Both the position numbers and the translations under genes were made by a program. Positions 39,580-53,399 of a DNA stretch of 64,000 nucleotides are shown piece by piece. Source of the DNA: the human T2T-CHM13v2.0 reference genome, Homo sapiens; assembly GCF_009914755.1 (NCBI RefSeq), contig NC_060937.1. One strand, written 5' to 3'. Below the pieces are notes generated by a model. That model did no database searches. It was not told where the DNA came from and saw only the letters and a list, made by a program, of their open reading frames with translations. Each line of letters opens with the position of its first letter. The first letter of the stretch is position 1.

Positions 39580-41600
39580 GGCCTCAGTCGTGAAGCTGGA
39601 GAGCTAAGAAGGCCGAGCAGACTTCAAGGGATTATTAGGTATGTTTAGGAGTTGAGATTTTTCCCAAAGATGAGAAGAAGCCAGTGATCAGATAGATGTA
39701 AGCAAGGGAACAGTATGTAGAAATTTCTGTTTTAATATAATAATAATGTTAGCAAGAGGAAGTATTTATAGATTAAATGTCAAGGGTCATGATTTAGGCA
39801 TTTTCATACAGCTTTTATCTTATATAACCTCCCAATAGCTTCATGATAAAGTGAATATCATTCACTTTATGTAATAAAATACATTGAAGTGAATATCTCT
39901 ATCTCCCAGAGTCTCACGAGCTCACAAGTAGGACAGGCAGGATTCAATTGTAAAAGTATTCTGATTCCGGATTTAGTGCTCTTACTATCTTGCTATAGAA
40001 CAGAGTGGAGAAAAGTTGATACAGGCGACAAGATAGTGATTATATGTAAAGGTGAGGGCTGGGGGCAGATTAGAGGCATTGGAGATGTAATCCAGTTAGT
40101 GACTCTGGAGATAAAAAGAATTAGATGGGCTTGAGAGAGAACTGGAGCATGCAGTTAGGAATTGATAACTGGATGTGAGAATGAGGAGAAGAGGAAAATT
40201 TCATAACTTGATTTATTTTAAGCCTGGATAACAGGTTATATGAAGTTATCATTTTTTATTTCTTATTACTGTTGAAGATGGCAGTGGAGGAAATGGTGAA
40301 TGGTTAATTCAAATAAAAATTTTAGTTTTGCAATTATGGAGAAGTGTAGTATCTAGGTGGATATGGTTCAGGAGAGAGGAAAGTTCCCCAAGTTAGATTA
40401 GGGAGTCATTGGTATATAATTATTACTGAATACCTGAAATTGGATGAAGGTCATCAAAGGAAATTTGTAGAGTGAGAAGAAAAGTGTTCCTAGACTATAA
40501 TCCAGAGGAATCTTAGCAACTGTGAAAGTGAAACAGGAAGACAGCTCTGGAAAAAGAGTGTCAAGGAAAAAGCTACTAGAGTAGTCAAAGAAAAACTAGG
40601 CAAGTCTAATGGCATGGCTATACAGGACACAGAGATTCAAAAGGGAGAAATAGGAAAATGAGGCTGAATGTTACTTGAGCTCAAGTACAATAAGGACTGA
40701 AATGGAGTGATTTGATGATGGACGTGGTGCTTAGTTAGAATCTAGATGAAAACAGTTTCTGTAGTGTAATGAGAACAACAACGAAATTATATGAGGAACA
40801 GAAGTTTATCAAAAGATAAGTGGAAGCCACGGAGGTAGGAACACACACACGAGAGAGAGAGAGAGAGACAGAGAGAGAGAGAAAATTTGATAGCAATGGC
40901 AGGCTACGAAGAGAGTATATATTTTCCATTTCATATGGGGAAAAAAGAAGAAAGGGAGACTGTAAATGCAGACCAAGAATTTGTGCAATTAGTTACATGA
41001 CCTTTAGGGTGTGTTTTTCTGTCACTATTTTTGCAGCGTGGTGAGTGTTGAAGCCATCTAATAAGATCAGTAGTCAGATGGAGAGGTCAGGCACAGGTAT
41101 TTAAGAAATAGAGAAAATATATGATATAGCTAAAGATTAAGGGTGAGAGAGCAATCTAAATCCAACAGTTGGAGCTGTAGAATGGTTGACTATGCATTGG
41201 AGAAGATGCTGATGTGTAGAGTTGTCCAATTTTCTTTAGGAATGCTTAGCCCCCCCGAGTAAAGATCAAGACAAGGCAGAGATTTGTATTTCTTTGAAGA
41301 TGAGAAGTCATGAAAAAGTTAGACTGAAAAAGTAATGAGACAAATTGTTGACCACACTCACAAGAAAGAGATGAATGTAAGATGGAATTGAGATTTTACT
41401 GAAGTCAGAGTAGTTAAATAAAAAAGCTTAGAAGGATAAGGGGAAGTGGTCAGATATTGACGTTTCTGAATATATTATTTCTAGATTTAAGCTAAGCCGA
41501 CTGATAACTATGTCCATGTCATGAGCTGCAGCAAAGGGCACTGGAGATAATGTCAAATAAATTTAAGGTCAGGTGTAGAACGATTATCCATCACAGGTTC
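39580..41600 (-). mobile_element. Long L2 fragment with a MIR-like insert (about 39780-39995) and a (CA)/(GA)n tract (about 40841-40882)
   Basis: Purine-rich antisense L2 phrases (ggatgtgagaatgaggagaagagg; gatta gggagtcattggtatata; aataaggactgaaa). Confidence 0.6.
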
Positions 41601-44324
41601 TTAACTTCACTCAGGGTGGACAGTGGGCCCTGTGCAGAAATCAGCCAGATGCCAGTGCTTTCTAATGTCTCCACCACCCCTACCTCTTTCCTTGCTCTGT
41701 CAATCATTTTATCTTTTTCTACCTTAGTCTTCTTTTCATATACTTTAAAAATATTAATTATATATATTTTACTGTTTTTCAACAAATAAGCAACTGTTTC
41801 TCTTTTTTAACTGAATTTACTGAGAACATACTCATATTACAAAAATTATTTAAAATGATGTAAATTTTTAGACAAATTTAACATCAATACCTTAATGCAC
41901 ATAAACCATCATTGGTTTGTAACAGCATATTTTTAAAATAGTATTCTTAAGCTCACTTGGCACTATTGAAGTTTCTTGATGACAGGTCATGTATGCAGAA
42001 GACTGAGAAAGAAGAATGATGTTTCAGAACATATAGAATTTATAATAAAATCCTGGTTTTATTATATTTATGATAAAAATCACTAAGTATCTACTTTTTT
42101 AATCTATAAAATGAGCATTTAATGTTTACATATTGGAGATAATATTTATTAATTGAAAATCTACATTAAAATGTCTATCCTCCTGAATAAAAAAGATGAT
42201 ATACCTTAAACCTCCATTATCAACACTTAATATTTATTACAGACAAAAATGAGCTAAAGGGAGATAAAGTGGTCTTTAACAAACGTGAGTACAAGGAGAT
42301 TTGAAAATCAGGAGGTAAAATTGCCTTCCCTTTAAAATGAATTAAGTTAAATCAATTTATTGCCAAACCATGGATGATAATTTATTTAACCATTGCTTCC
42401 AGGATTCAAGGGATCCAGATGTTAGCTCTGATAGATTGCAGAACTCAGTTACTCGGCAGATGTCACCAAAGACTTTGATGTACTTATTGATAGGGCAGAC
42501 ATAAAATCAGGGAGGTCTTAGGCAACCTCATTAATGCAAACATACTATCGAACGATATTAGATGACATCCTCAAGGATAGGTTGAAAGATAGGTTTGACC
42601 TTTTCTTTTTCTCTCTTTTCAAAATATTTTTTACTCTTCTTTCTAAATTCTTCCTGCTCTTCCAATTTTTATTTGGTTATACTATTTGATAATTTCTTCT
42701 TTGAAATGACAAATCCACTTTCAGCAGAAGCTCTTTCAATTTTTCTTTGAGATGTTCTGAAAAACGTTCCTAAGACTAGCTTTTTTAAAAGTAATATCAA
42801 CCACAACTTGTCTGGGTTTACATAACTTGAATATTTTATTAATACTTTTACTCTTCAAAAACTGGAAAAAGCAACTTCTTGTTTTGAATTTTCTCATAAA
42901 GCCTGGGTTCATGTGTCTTTTCCTTTTTGTTGTTTTGGTTTTTGTTTGTTTTTTGTTTACTTTCCTTTGTGTGTCACTTGCATTTTTCTCCCTGGGTCCT
43001 CGAAAGATTCTTTGCCTTGAATTTCATAGACATCACTAAGATATATCTCAGGAATAATCATGATGTAAAAATGTTGATTGCAGCACGATGTGTACCATTT
43101 TGACCTACAGTTTCACGTGTGATTTTTCAAATTCTAGAAAGAAAAAATGTTACATTCAATTTTAAATACACATTTTTTTTTGTGTTCTAACTTGGAAGTG
43201 AAGTTTTCTAATGGTATATGCTCTCATATCTGTAATCCTGTTTCTGATGTCTCTGATCTTTACCTTTTGTCCTCCATTTACTTTTTTGGTTCTTTGATTA
43301 ACTCTATGGATTCTTACCGAACTGAGTTTGATTTGCAGTAATCTCTCTAGAGTTGCCATTACCACTTCCCTCTAATACAAAAAATGAACATTTATTCCAA
43401 ATATACTGTTTTTGACCACCATGCTAATAGTCTTTAATACAAATTGGGAGTTTATTGGGACCATAAATATGACTTCTTACTGCAGTATTTGTCGACCATG
43501 CAATCTGTACCTCAGTCACCACGTAATTTACTACCACCTACAAATTTCTCTTTGCTTCTTTATTTATTTTAAATACATTTTACTGTGTATATTTGAGGTA
43601 AAATAAGATACATAACATATAAAAATAAGATACATACATATAGTAAAATTGTTACTACTGTGAAACAAAAACAAAGGTCAAATATTTCATTTTTTTCACT
43701 CTAAGAGTGAAGGAGTTGAGTCTCATTTCCCACTCTGCTCACTGAATCCAGCACTAGGTCTTGAATTTAATAGATGGATGATAAATGTACATTAAGTGAT
43801 ATTCTGTCACATAAATATTGATATCTATCTTTCATAGCAAAGCCTTCTATTTTCTCATAATTTTAGAGTATTGTCTGTCCCATAATGCTGCAAAATTACA
43901 AATGCGAACAATCATTCTTTGTGTTCTGATATAAATTCCTCAAGCCAGAGAAAATAAAATGGTCATCCCTGGCCTGTTTCATTCTGGTGAGTCAGTAGTA
44001 TTTTTCCATGGTAGTGAGAAATTTGTTCTACTGAAGAGCAAATCATGTATATTAATATGATTTCCTCCTAATCTCCGCCATTCACTCTTCTATAAATTGA
44101 GAAATACAAGTAAGATTTTTAAGAAAATTTTTTGTATTTACTTTCTTTTCACTCTTTCCCCATTTCCTCTTATTACTGCTTCTTAAGAGTTTTGTAGGAA
44201 ATGAAATTGATTCCCATAATTCTGTGTTTCTGGCATATACAGTTCAGTTTATCATATATCATATTAAATCTTCCTTAGTTTGAGAGTTGCTGCAGTACTT
44301 CTTCCTGTATATATATCTCGTTAT

Positions 44325-44472
44325 TGAACCAACTATTGGGTACTATGCTCAGTAACTGTGTGACAGGATCCATCATACCCAAAATCTCAGCATCACGTAA
44401 TATAGCCAAGTAACAAACCTGCACATGTACCCACTGAATCTAAAATAAAAGTTGAAATTATTAATAAATAAG
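44325..44472 (+). mobile_element. L1PB/L1MA 3' terminal fragment
   Basis: ctattgggtactatgctcagta...gtaacaaacctgcacatgtacccactgaatctaaaataaaagttgaa. Confidence 0.85.
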
Positions 44473-45861
44473 AATACATGAAAAGCAGAGGGTTAGTTTT
44501 GTGATTTTATTTCTACTTCCCTATCCTTCCCAACAAATGTTGGCTCTATAAACCAGATAATTAAACAGATTAGTTATTGTTCTGTTGGTTCCAATTAAAG
44601 AAACAATTTTAATTTCAGCCAAAACAAGAAATATTGCAAGAAAATCAAGTGAGAGAGTTTATGTAATTTAAGGTTAGGTATTTTATATGAACCAAAAAAC
44701 AGATTCATTGTTTCAAATGTCTCCATTTCTAATGCAGTTCCTATGTCTCCTTCAATTTTTATTTATCTTTGTCTCAGCTGGCTCACTTCCTCTGTTTTTC
44801 TATACTACAGCAAACAAATATGACTTCTTGTTGCTTCAGATTTCTACATTATAGCTTAGTTCAGCTAGAGAGGCTTTGTTATGTCTCACAACGTCATCTG
44901 CATGTTTCTCAACAGGGGCTAGCTAAGTGTCATCATATGCCTACCCCTATCCACCTAACATGTTCATTTCACCAATAACTACGCTGTTGGAACCTGAGTG
45001 ACTAATATTTGTTACAGATGAATGAGGGTATAGATAAATAAATACATAGATAGTCATAATCTTAGTATAGTTATAGTTAGGCAGTTGTATAGAATTAGTT
45101 TCAAGGAAAATTTTACCAATGTTCAGAAATTTTATTGTTTCACGTCCCTAATACCCTTAGGGTACAAAAAAAGTTTTTATCTACACCACAAGGTGATTTG
45201 GAATTGCCTAATATGAATATTTACCTTGGTATTATGGAAATAAATAGCTATGGATCTGGGTGTACACACAATGCATAATATTTCAATTAAATCTTTCTTT
45301 TAAATATTTTTTTTTTTAGCTAACCATCTAAATTTTCATGGAATTTTGGTATATGTGAAAGGAATAGTTTTTGACATACCATCTCTCCTCTCGAAGGGAT
45401 AAAGTATAACTCACAGAAGTACACACTTCTGTCAACTTTTTGTATATTTTATTTTTATTCTTTCAACCAGAGATAGTCTAATGCTTAAGATTTTCCGGTC
45501 TCTTCACAATATCTCTCTTGCTAAATTTCAAGAATCGATTTAAATATTAGCATATATAATTTTGTTTGCAAAAATATAATCACTTTTAAGAAGAATTTAC
45601 ATTTTCTCAATTTGAAAAACTACAACACAAATATACATATTATAAATGTTTAGGGTGCATAAAGCTTTGAGAATATGACCAAAAAATTGCTTACCCTGAC
45701 ACCACAAAAATAATAGGCAACAAACTTCACACTGTTTCAGTTCACAGATTCCTAAAGGTAATCTCTGGATCCTAGAAATCTATGTAGCCCAAATTAAGGT
45801 CTCTCACATGTATTTGATGCACATGTGGGATCTAGAATCATTTTCTAGAATAATCTAGAAT

Positions 45862-45940
45862 CTTTTCAGAGATATCCTTCTTCCTGTCATACTGGAAGTT
45901 ATGCTAGAAGTATAACAGGAAGAAGGATATCTCTGAAAAG
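45862..45940. repeat. Inverted repeat: 32-bp arms (31/32 complementary), 15-nt loop
   Basis: CTTTTCAGAGATATCCTTCTTCCTGTCATACT versus AGTATAACAGGAAGAAGGATATCTCTGAAAAG. Confidence 0.95.
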
Positions 45941-47836
45941 CTAATATTATATTCTATATATTATAAAACTATATATTGTTCACTTTCTCTTGGAATGAAG
46001 ATAAAATATGTACACAAAGGAAAAAATCATTTCAATATCTGGTTATTTTAGCCAGTGCCTTTTGGTGTGAAGTGGCCTTATTACACCTTTATGAAATAAA
46101 ATGTATGCTGCATCAAGTCATTTATAATAAATTAGATTTAAAAAATTAGTTTTGTTGAGAAGGCAAAATGGTATGTTCAAGACATTGCTTAGAGATACCT
46201 TCTACTCTGGAGATCATAGTGATGCAGAATTGTTGGTTTGTTGTAACAGAATAGGGCTTTAAATAAATACAGATCACTCAAATACTTTTTAATCTCTTAA
46301 AGCAAAATGAACTTTTCTCATAAAATAAAAATAGATTACTTAATTCATTAATAGATAAGTAGCTTTACCGAGTAAAACAGAGTAGAAAAGAAACAAAATA
46401 CACATTCAAGGTAAAATACTTCAATATTTTTATTTTCTTCTATACCATAAATTGTTTAAAAACTTGCATCGCATATGGAGTTATTTGGATATAAGTAAAG
46501 GACTCATATGTCAGTTTGGCTTATAATGTGGACAACCTCAGAGGAATTTTGAACTCTTTCAAACTACAAGAAAACTGTGTATTAGTGTAGGTAACAATTT
46601 GTGTCTAATCATATTCCTTAAGAAATGAATTCATTTTTGTTTCTGAGAAAATACATAACTTATACCTAAGAAGCATGTCATTTAATTTGAAGAATTTGGT
46701 CAAATTAAATGTTTTCAATTCACAGTATTAGCCAGTTTATTTTGGCCTTTCTATCTTGTTTGGGTATCTTGTGGAACAATTCTGTCCAGTCAATTATGCA
46801 ACATTTGGTCATGCAAAGAAAAAGCCCTATAAAATAACAAGTCATGCAAGTAAAATACTGATGAGCTGCTACTTTATTGCTTTCCCCCATTGATGTTATT
46901 CTAGTAATTTCGTCCTTGTGTTTAAGATGGTTAACCTGGCACTTATTATGATAACGGCATATGCGAATAAAAGAATAAATTACCAAGTGCATGATTCCTA
47001 TTGATGTAAGCATTTGTTCTCTGTCAGGAATGTTCCTGGTAACAACAGTCAAACAATGCTCTTTACCTTCCAAATTGAACACTGCACACTGCCTGACTTT
47101 AGATATAATTACTTCACATAATTGTTTCTGTCAAGAATAAATGAAGCCTTAAAAGAACAATACAATCATTGCAAGTGGAGCATCTTAAGATATATATTAT
47201 ACTGGGCCTTTTACTGGTGGTGTTTTCTCGGTTAATAGTAATGACTAAAGATGCTTAAATTGTTCATTTTCAGTCACTAAGAACACATCTGAGTACCTGA
47301 GCTGCTCATGGATAATTTTAAATAAACTCTTATTGCTTGATGAAAACTTATAAAAATCAGTATTAGTTTTTAGTTAATTTGTTGAGGCAAATGAAACTAT
47401 TCTGAAGATTCAGGGCTAGAAAAAGAAGTGGAAACTGCATCCGTATTTTTACACACCAAACAAAGAATATTTTGCATTGATAAAAAAGTGGGATTTTTGC
47501 ATCATTGGGCTTTACCTTATTATTAATGGTTTATCTTAGAATTCTTAATTCACAAAGTATGTTTGTAAATATTATATTTTCAAATTTGAATGTATTGAGC
47601 AGAAAAAATCATAAAGCAGATTATGTGTGTATATTAATATGAGATGATTATAACTGCAAAACCCAGTAATGCATGCCACTCTTCCTGCAGTGGTGAATTA
47701 TAGAGCTCATCGAATTCATTGTGCTTCGTAACATTTTATAACTTACTTTAATCTAAAACAGGAAAAGAACCAAACAAATAATGTTTGTTCTCCAACATAA
47801 GGAACATCTATATCATGTATTTTATTATATATATAT

Positions 47837-48076
47837 TGATATGCTTTGGCTGTGTCCCCATCCAAACCTCAGCTTGAATTTTATCTCCCGGAATTCCCAC
47901 GTGTTGTGGGAGAGACCCAGGGTGAGGTAGCTGAATCATGGGGACCTGTGTTGTTTCCTGAGCTAGTCTCATGATAGTGATTAACTCTCATGAAATCTGA
48001 TGGGTTTATCAGTAGTTTCTGCTTTTGCTTCTTCTCTCATTTTTCTCTTGCTGCCACAATGTAAGAAGTGCCCTTC
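47837..48076 (+). mobile_element. THE1A-like LTR, 3'-truncated
   Basis: TGATATGCTTTGGCTGTGTCCCCA...GAATTTTATCTCCCGGAATTCCCACG...CTCATTTTTCTCTTGCTGCCAC..TGTAAGAAGTGCC, then similarity stops. Confidence 0.85.
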
Positions 48077-48100
48077 TGGGAAGGGCAGTAGAGACTGCCC

Positions 48101-48172
48101 TGTGCTGTAGCTCAGTAACTAAGGTTTTGGCCTTTCACACTGGTGGTCTGAGTTTGATTTCCTGCTTAGGAA
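48101..48172 (+). pseudogene. Degenerate tRNA-Glu(TTC)-like sequence inside the ERV internal region
   Basis: 72 nt; A-box-like TAGCTCAGTAA, loop CTTTCAC with TTC at positions 34-36, B-box-like AGTTTGATTTC, ends GGAA. About 40/72 gap-free matches to human tRNA-Glu-TTC as recalled. Confidence 0.6.
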
Positions 48173-49544
48173 GTAAGTCCTTTTTGGTTTAATATCTGCA
48201 TAAACTTGTCTAGATTCTTCTCCTCCATGAACTATCTTAAATTTTCCTTTCTCTGAGCACCTGGGAAGTTACCTTTGGTAAAGTTCAAAAACCAGAAATA
48301 TCAGCTGTTTGGCCTGGCTAAAATTGGGTAATAAGAAATTTTAAAAGGACTTTATTAAAGAGTGTTATGGTTAAAAGTCAGCTTAATTAAAGGTGGATAT
48401 TCAAGCTCTAACAGCCTGACTCCTTGGTAAAAACAGGAGGTGCCGGAAACCCCTTTCCTGGCCCCATTCTTCCAAGGACTCCAACCTAAAGCCAATAACC
48501 AATTAAGAAATTTAAAAACTGGCAAATGAGAAATCTTACAACTATTGTAGTAATCTTCTGTCTGTCTGTCTAATTATATATGTGCAGTGTTTATATAAAA
48601 GAGCCCTAATTAATTAATTGGCTTAAGAATAAGCACTTAAATAAAATATTTTGAAAGCAAAATATAAGCTGTAATGCCTTTTACTTCATGTAACTTTAGT
48701 AATATTTGGGAAATAAAAACAGCTTTAAAGATTATTGATAAAATAAAGACATTTTTGTCTAAATTATGCAGGTCAGATATTAGGTTTGCTAAATGCTTTA
48801 AGGTCATAAACTGCTTTGACTTTTGAAAATCATTCAATTTATTTTGGAGACATTAAATTCTAAATAAGGCCTGGGATATATGGAATTAGCTATGTCCCCT
48901 AGCTATGCAAAGAAGGTTATAAACAAAAGAGATTTTATATAAGAAAGGATGTTGCGTGGTAAATTCTTGTCCTAAAGTAAAATGACTGGTTGTTTAAAAA
49001 GAGGAATGTTTAGGGCAAATCAGAAAGTCTAAACATGTTGTACATGGTCTATGTAAGTATGAAACAATTTATGAAAAGAGATGTATACCAGAAATGTTGT
49101 ACAGTTTAAAGGTGATTAGGCCTCCTAAATGCTTAATAAAATGCCACTATGACCCTTAACTGTACAGCTTAACTATTTTACAGCTAGGTAAGGCCTGGGA
49201 CACGTGGAGTTAGATGCTGGAAAGAGTCAGACTTTATCTGCATTTCTGTCTGGGTCCTAGGCTCCACACCTAGTACATAATTAAAATCCCTTACCAAAGT
49301 TTTCACCAAAAATAAAAGTTGCTAAGGGTTAACATTGTAATATGTAATTGAGACTACTGAAAAAATAGGTTTACATGCAAGGTGTGTAAAGAGAATGAAA
49401 TGTGTTTTTTATAAGAGATTATAAGAAAGCATGGGAATGTAAATTTTTGCCTAGGTTAGAGGGTTAAAGCATTGTTTTAAATTAAATTAAATGAAGTTTG
49501 AGCAAGCTGTGGAAAGTTTATAAAAATTAATTAAAAGAGATTCT

Positions 49545-49835
49545 GACTAGGCACGGTGGTTCATGCCTGTAATCCCAGCACTTTGGGAGGCTGAGACGGG
49601 CAGATCACGAGGTCAGGGGAATGAGACCATAGGGGATAACATAGTGAAACCCCGTCTCTACTAAAAATACAAAAAATTAGCCAGGCATGGTGGTGGGTGC
49701 CTGTGGTCCTAGCTACTTGGGAGACTGAGGCAGGAGAATGGCGTGAGTGAACTTAGGAGGTGGAGCTTGCAGTGAGCCGAGATTGCACCACTGCACTCCA
49801 GCCTGGGCAACAGAGCGAGACTCTGTCTCAAAAAA

Positions 49836-49867
<32 letters not shown>

Positions 49868-49871
49868 AAAG
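49545..49871 (+). mobile_element. AluY-like, inserted in the ERV internal region
   Basis: GATCACGAGGTCAGG, GAGAATGGCGTGA, GGAGCTTGCAGTGAGC; TSD AAAGAGATTC (49534-49543 and 49872-49881). Confidence 0.9.
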
Positions 49872-51589
49872 AAAGAGATTCCATGTGTGAACATATTGGC
49901 TAAAGTTAAAATGGTATTATTCATTTTTTCCCATATATTGGACACTGGAATAGAAGCACAACAGAGTTTTCTTAGAACGTTGTCCTGCTCTGAGAAAAAA
50001 ATTGAAAAGGGTTTTAAAATGTTTATAAAAATCTTACCTTATGGCCAAACTAATTAAAACTGAATAGATTTATAAAGTGTTATTTAAAAACTAGATTTAA
50101 GATTAAAAATGGAATGGAATAATAATGGAAATATGAAATTTGGTTTTCTCTTATAAAAATGATTTTTATGTAGTATTAAAAGATAATGAAGGGTTTGTGT
50201 TTACCTTTTAAGTAAACTTACAAAAGAAAAAGGGAGGGAAGGGAAAGAAAGGAGACAGAGTCAATTTGCCTCATGCTATCCCCATTGGGTCTTGTTTGGA
50301 AAGCTGTCTTCTATCAGAATAATGTTTTTTCTTTTAGAAAATATTTTAGTTATCATTTAGGCTAAATGAATGACTTATGGTAACCTAAGGTTCTATTTTG
50401 TAATATCCAATGTTTTAACCTTTGGTATTTAAAAAACCTTTCCAAATCAAGCTCTAGATTATCATGATAAATCAACCAATACTAAACTTGTTTAAATATA
50501 CAATTTGAATGAACTTCTTGGTCTAATCAAATTACCTATAATAACCCATTAGTTATCAGTGCTATTATATTATTATACTAATTTTTAATGATACTCCATT
50601 AGTTATCAGTTCATAAATTGGAAAAACAACTGTATTCAAGAGGACGTAAGTCCAATGTTAAGTATGGACTCTTGAAGTACCAGAACAGCCTTGTCCTTCT
50701 TGAGTCCTTAAAGCTTTTGTAATTAAAGGTTCTGCATTCCATGACTTGTCATGGAAAATATAAAATAATTCAAATTGAATATGTTGGTGTGGTGACTTAT
50801 AAATTGCAGAAATAGTTTAAAACCAGTGTTTTGTTCCAGATTCCTGAGAAGACAATCAAAGCTTCAGGTACATTTGGCTACCTGATGGACCATTTAAAGA
50901 CTGGTGAAGGGATTTCATTCAATTGTCATTTTCATTGCATATCTTCTGGTTGTATAAAAGCTTTCCTGTGCAAGAGGGCTGAGGTTGTGACAGTAGGTTA
51001 TTATGCTACAGTGTATTTTCACTAGGTAAAGAAAGCTTCTTATGGTTCACTGATGAGAATCCCTTCACAATCTACAACCCAAAGATTAGATCTTCTGAGA
51101 ACATCAGAGAAAAATTCTCCTTTCCATCCACGCTATAGCAAAAGTTTGTAGCCTTGAACCTTGGGTTCATATTCTCACAACTGAGAAGGGTGTCTCCACG
51201 CTCCTGGAACTGTACACCCATTGGAACCCTTAAGGTAAAACTAACCAGGAAAGTTTATCCCCAGAAGAAGATGGCATCCTTGATGTGAACAGCTTTTCCC
51301 AAGATCACAGATCAAGATTTCTACTATTATGAGACTCTTATCTTTGAATATTTTTTCCTTGTTTATGCCTCTATGAACAATAGAAATGAAAAGTGGTTCT
51401 ATTATGGGCACTTATCAGGTATACTTTTATTTGTGAAAGATTTTTCAGCAAGCCTTATACATGACTAATATTATACTTTAATAAATAAAAGATGAAGGCA
51501 CAATGCAGGTGAGAAACTTTGGTGTTATATATTTTGCCTCATAATCAGTCAAAACTCCTCTTAATCCACATTATGGATAAAAGAGAACA

Positions 51590-52450
<861 letters not shown>

Positions 52451-52937
52451 AAGAAATGTGCTACCATGAAGATACCATAACCTATGAATGATGTGCTGAG
52501 ACTGGAAACCCAAAATGATGGTAACTGAGAGTGGCACTAAGGCCCTAAGTTTTGGTCACACTCTCACCTAAGTGAGAACTTGGCCAAAAGGGGGGATTTA
52601 AAAAAAAAAAAAAATTATGGGAAGCCATTATTTTGGACTGAGCTCATGGACTAGGGCCCAACAAACCAAACCAAACTAAAATGGAGCCACTTGTGCTAAA
52701 TATAACATAATCAAACTAAGACTTTAAAAAAAACACATAGATCCTAGAACAGACTAGCTTTTGTTTTTTCCTGTAAACAAGATGTTCCAGCATAAGGAGG
52801 TATCCTCAGTCCTTCTCTCTTTGCAAAACCCACTCTTCTACTGTTTCCCAGTGAGTTTCAAAAGCATGAGTACATTTACAATGATTAAGGTTTTGGTCAA
52901 TCTCTCAAAATTGAGAAAATGACAAAAAGGGGGAAAT

Positions 52938-53348
52938 TGTTAAAACTAAATATGGCCTGAGTAGGACTCTCTAATTCTATATTTGAGTCCTTGTGGATGA
53001 ACTGTAACCTAGCGTAATAGTCAGGCAAAATTGAAAACCTAACGTAATATAGTATGCACCTATAACAATGGCTGAGTGTTGGCCAGTCCCAGCGGCCATA
53101 CTTCAGCCTGTCATAAATTGCTGAATGTTCAAACTGCGTTCAAATAAGGCAAACAGCAAGCTGTAGGCATTCTCTTTTTCTGTACCTCAATTCCGATTCC
53201 TGTACCTAACTTTACCATTTTTGTTTATAAATTTGTTCTGACCACGAAGCACCCCTGTTGTGATTCTGGGGGTTTCCCACTTTGCAAATTGCTCATTGCT
53301 CAATTAAACTCCTTTAAGTTATTTTAAATTGAAGTTTTTCTTGTATCA
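52938..53348 (+). mobile_element. MER57-family 3' LTR
   Basis: TGTTAAAACTAAATATGGCCTGAG...TTTGAGTCCTTGTGGA...GTTCAAATAAGGCAAAC...CTCAATTAAACTCC...TATCA. Confidence 0.88.
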
Positions 53349-53399
53349 CTATAAATGGAATTGCCTTTTTGACATCGTCATCTGGATAGAAGTACAAAT

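Noticed and set aside
46720-47082. 120-aa minus-strand ORF in unique DNA
   Set aside because: Non-ATG start, no recognisable motif, length expected by chance.
48101-48172. Functional tRNA gene
   Set aside because: Acceptor and anticodon stems do not pair and the D-loop GG and T-loop TTC are mutated; kept only as a relic.
50546-50610. Repeat of CCATTAGTTATCAGT; also AAAATAAGATACATA twice at about 43600-43640
   Set aside because: Small local duplications with no sign of function.
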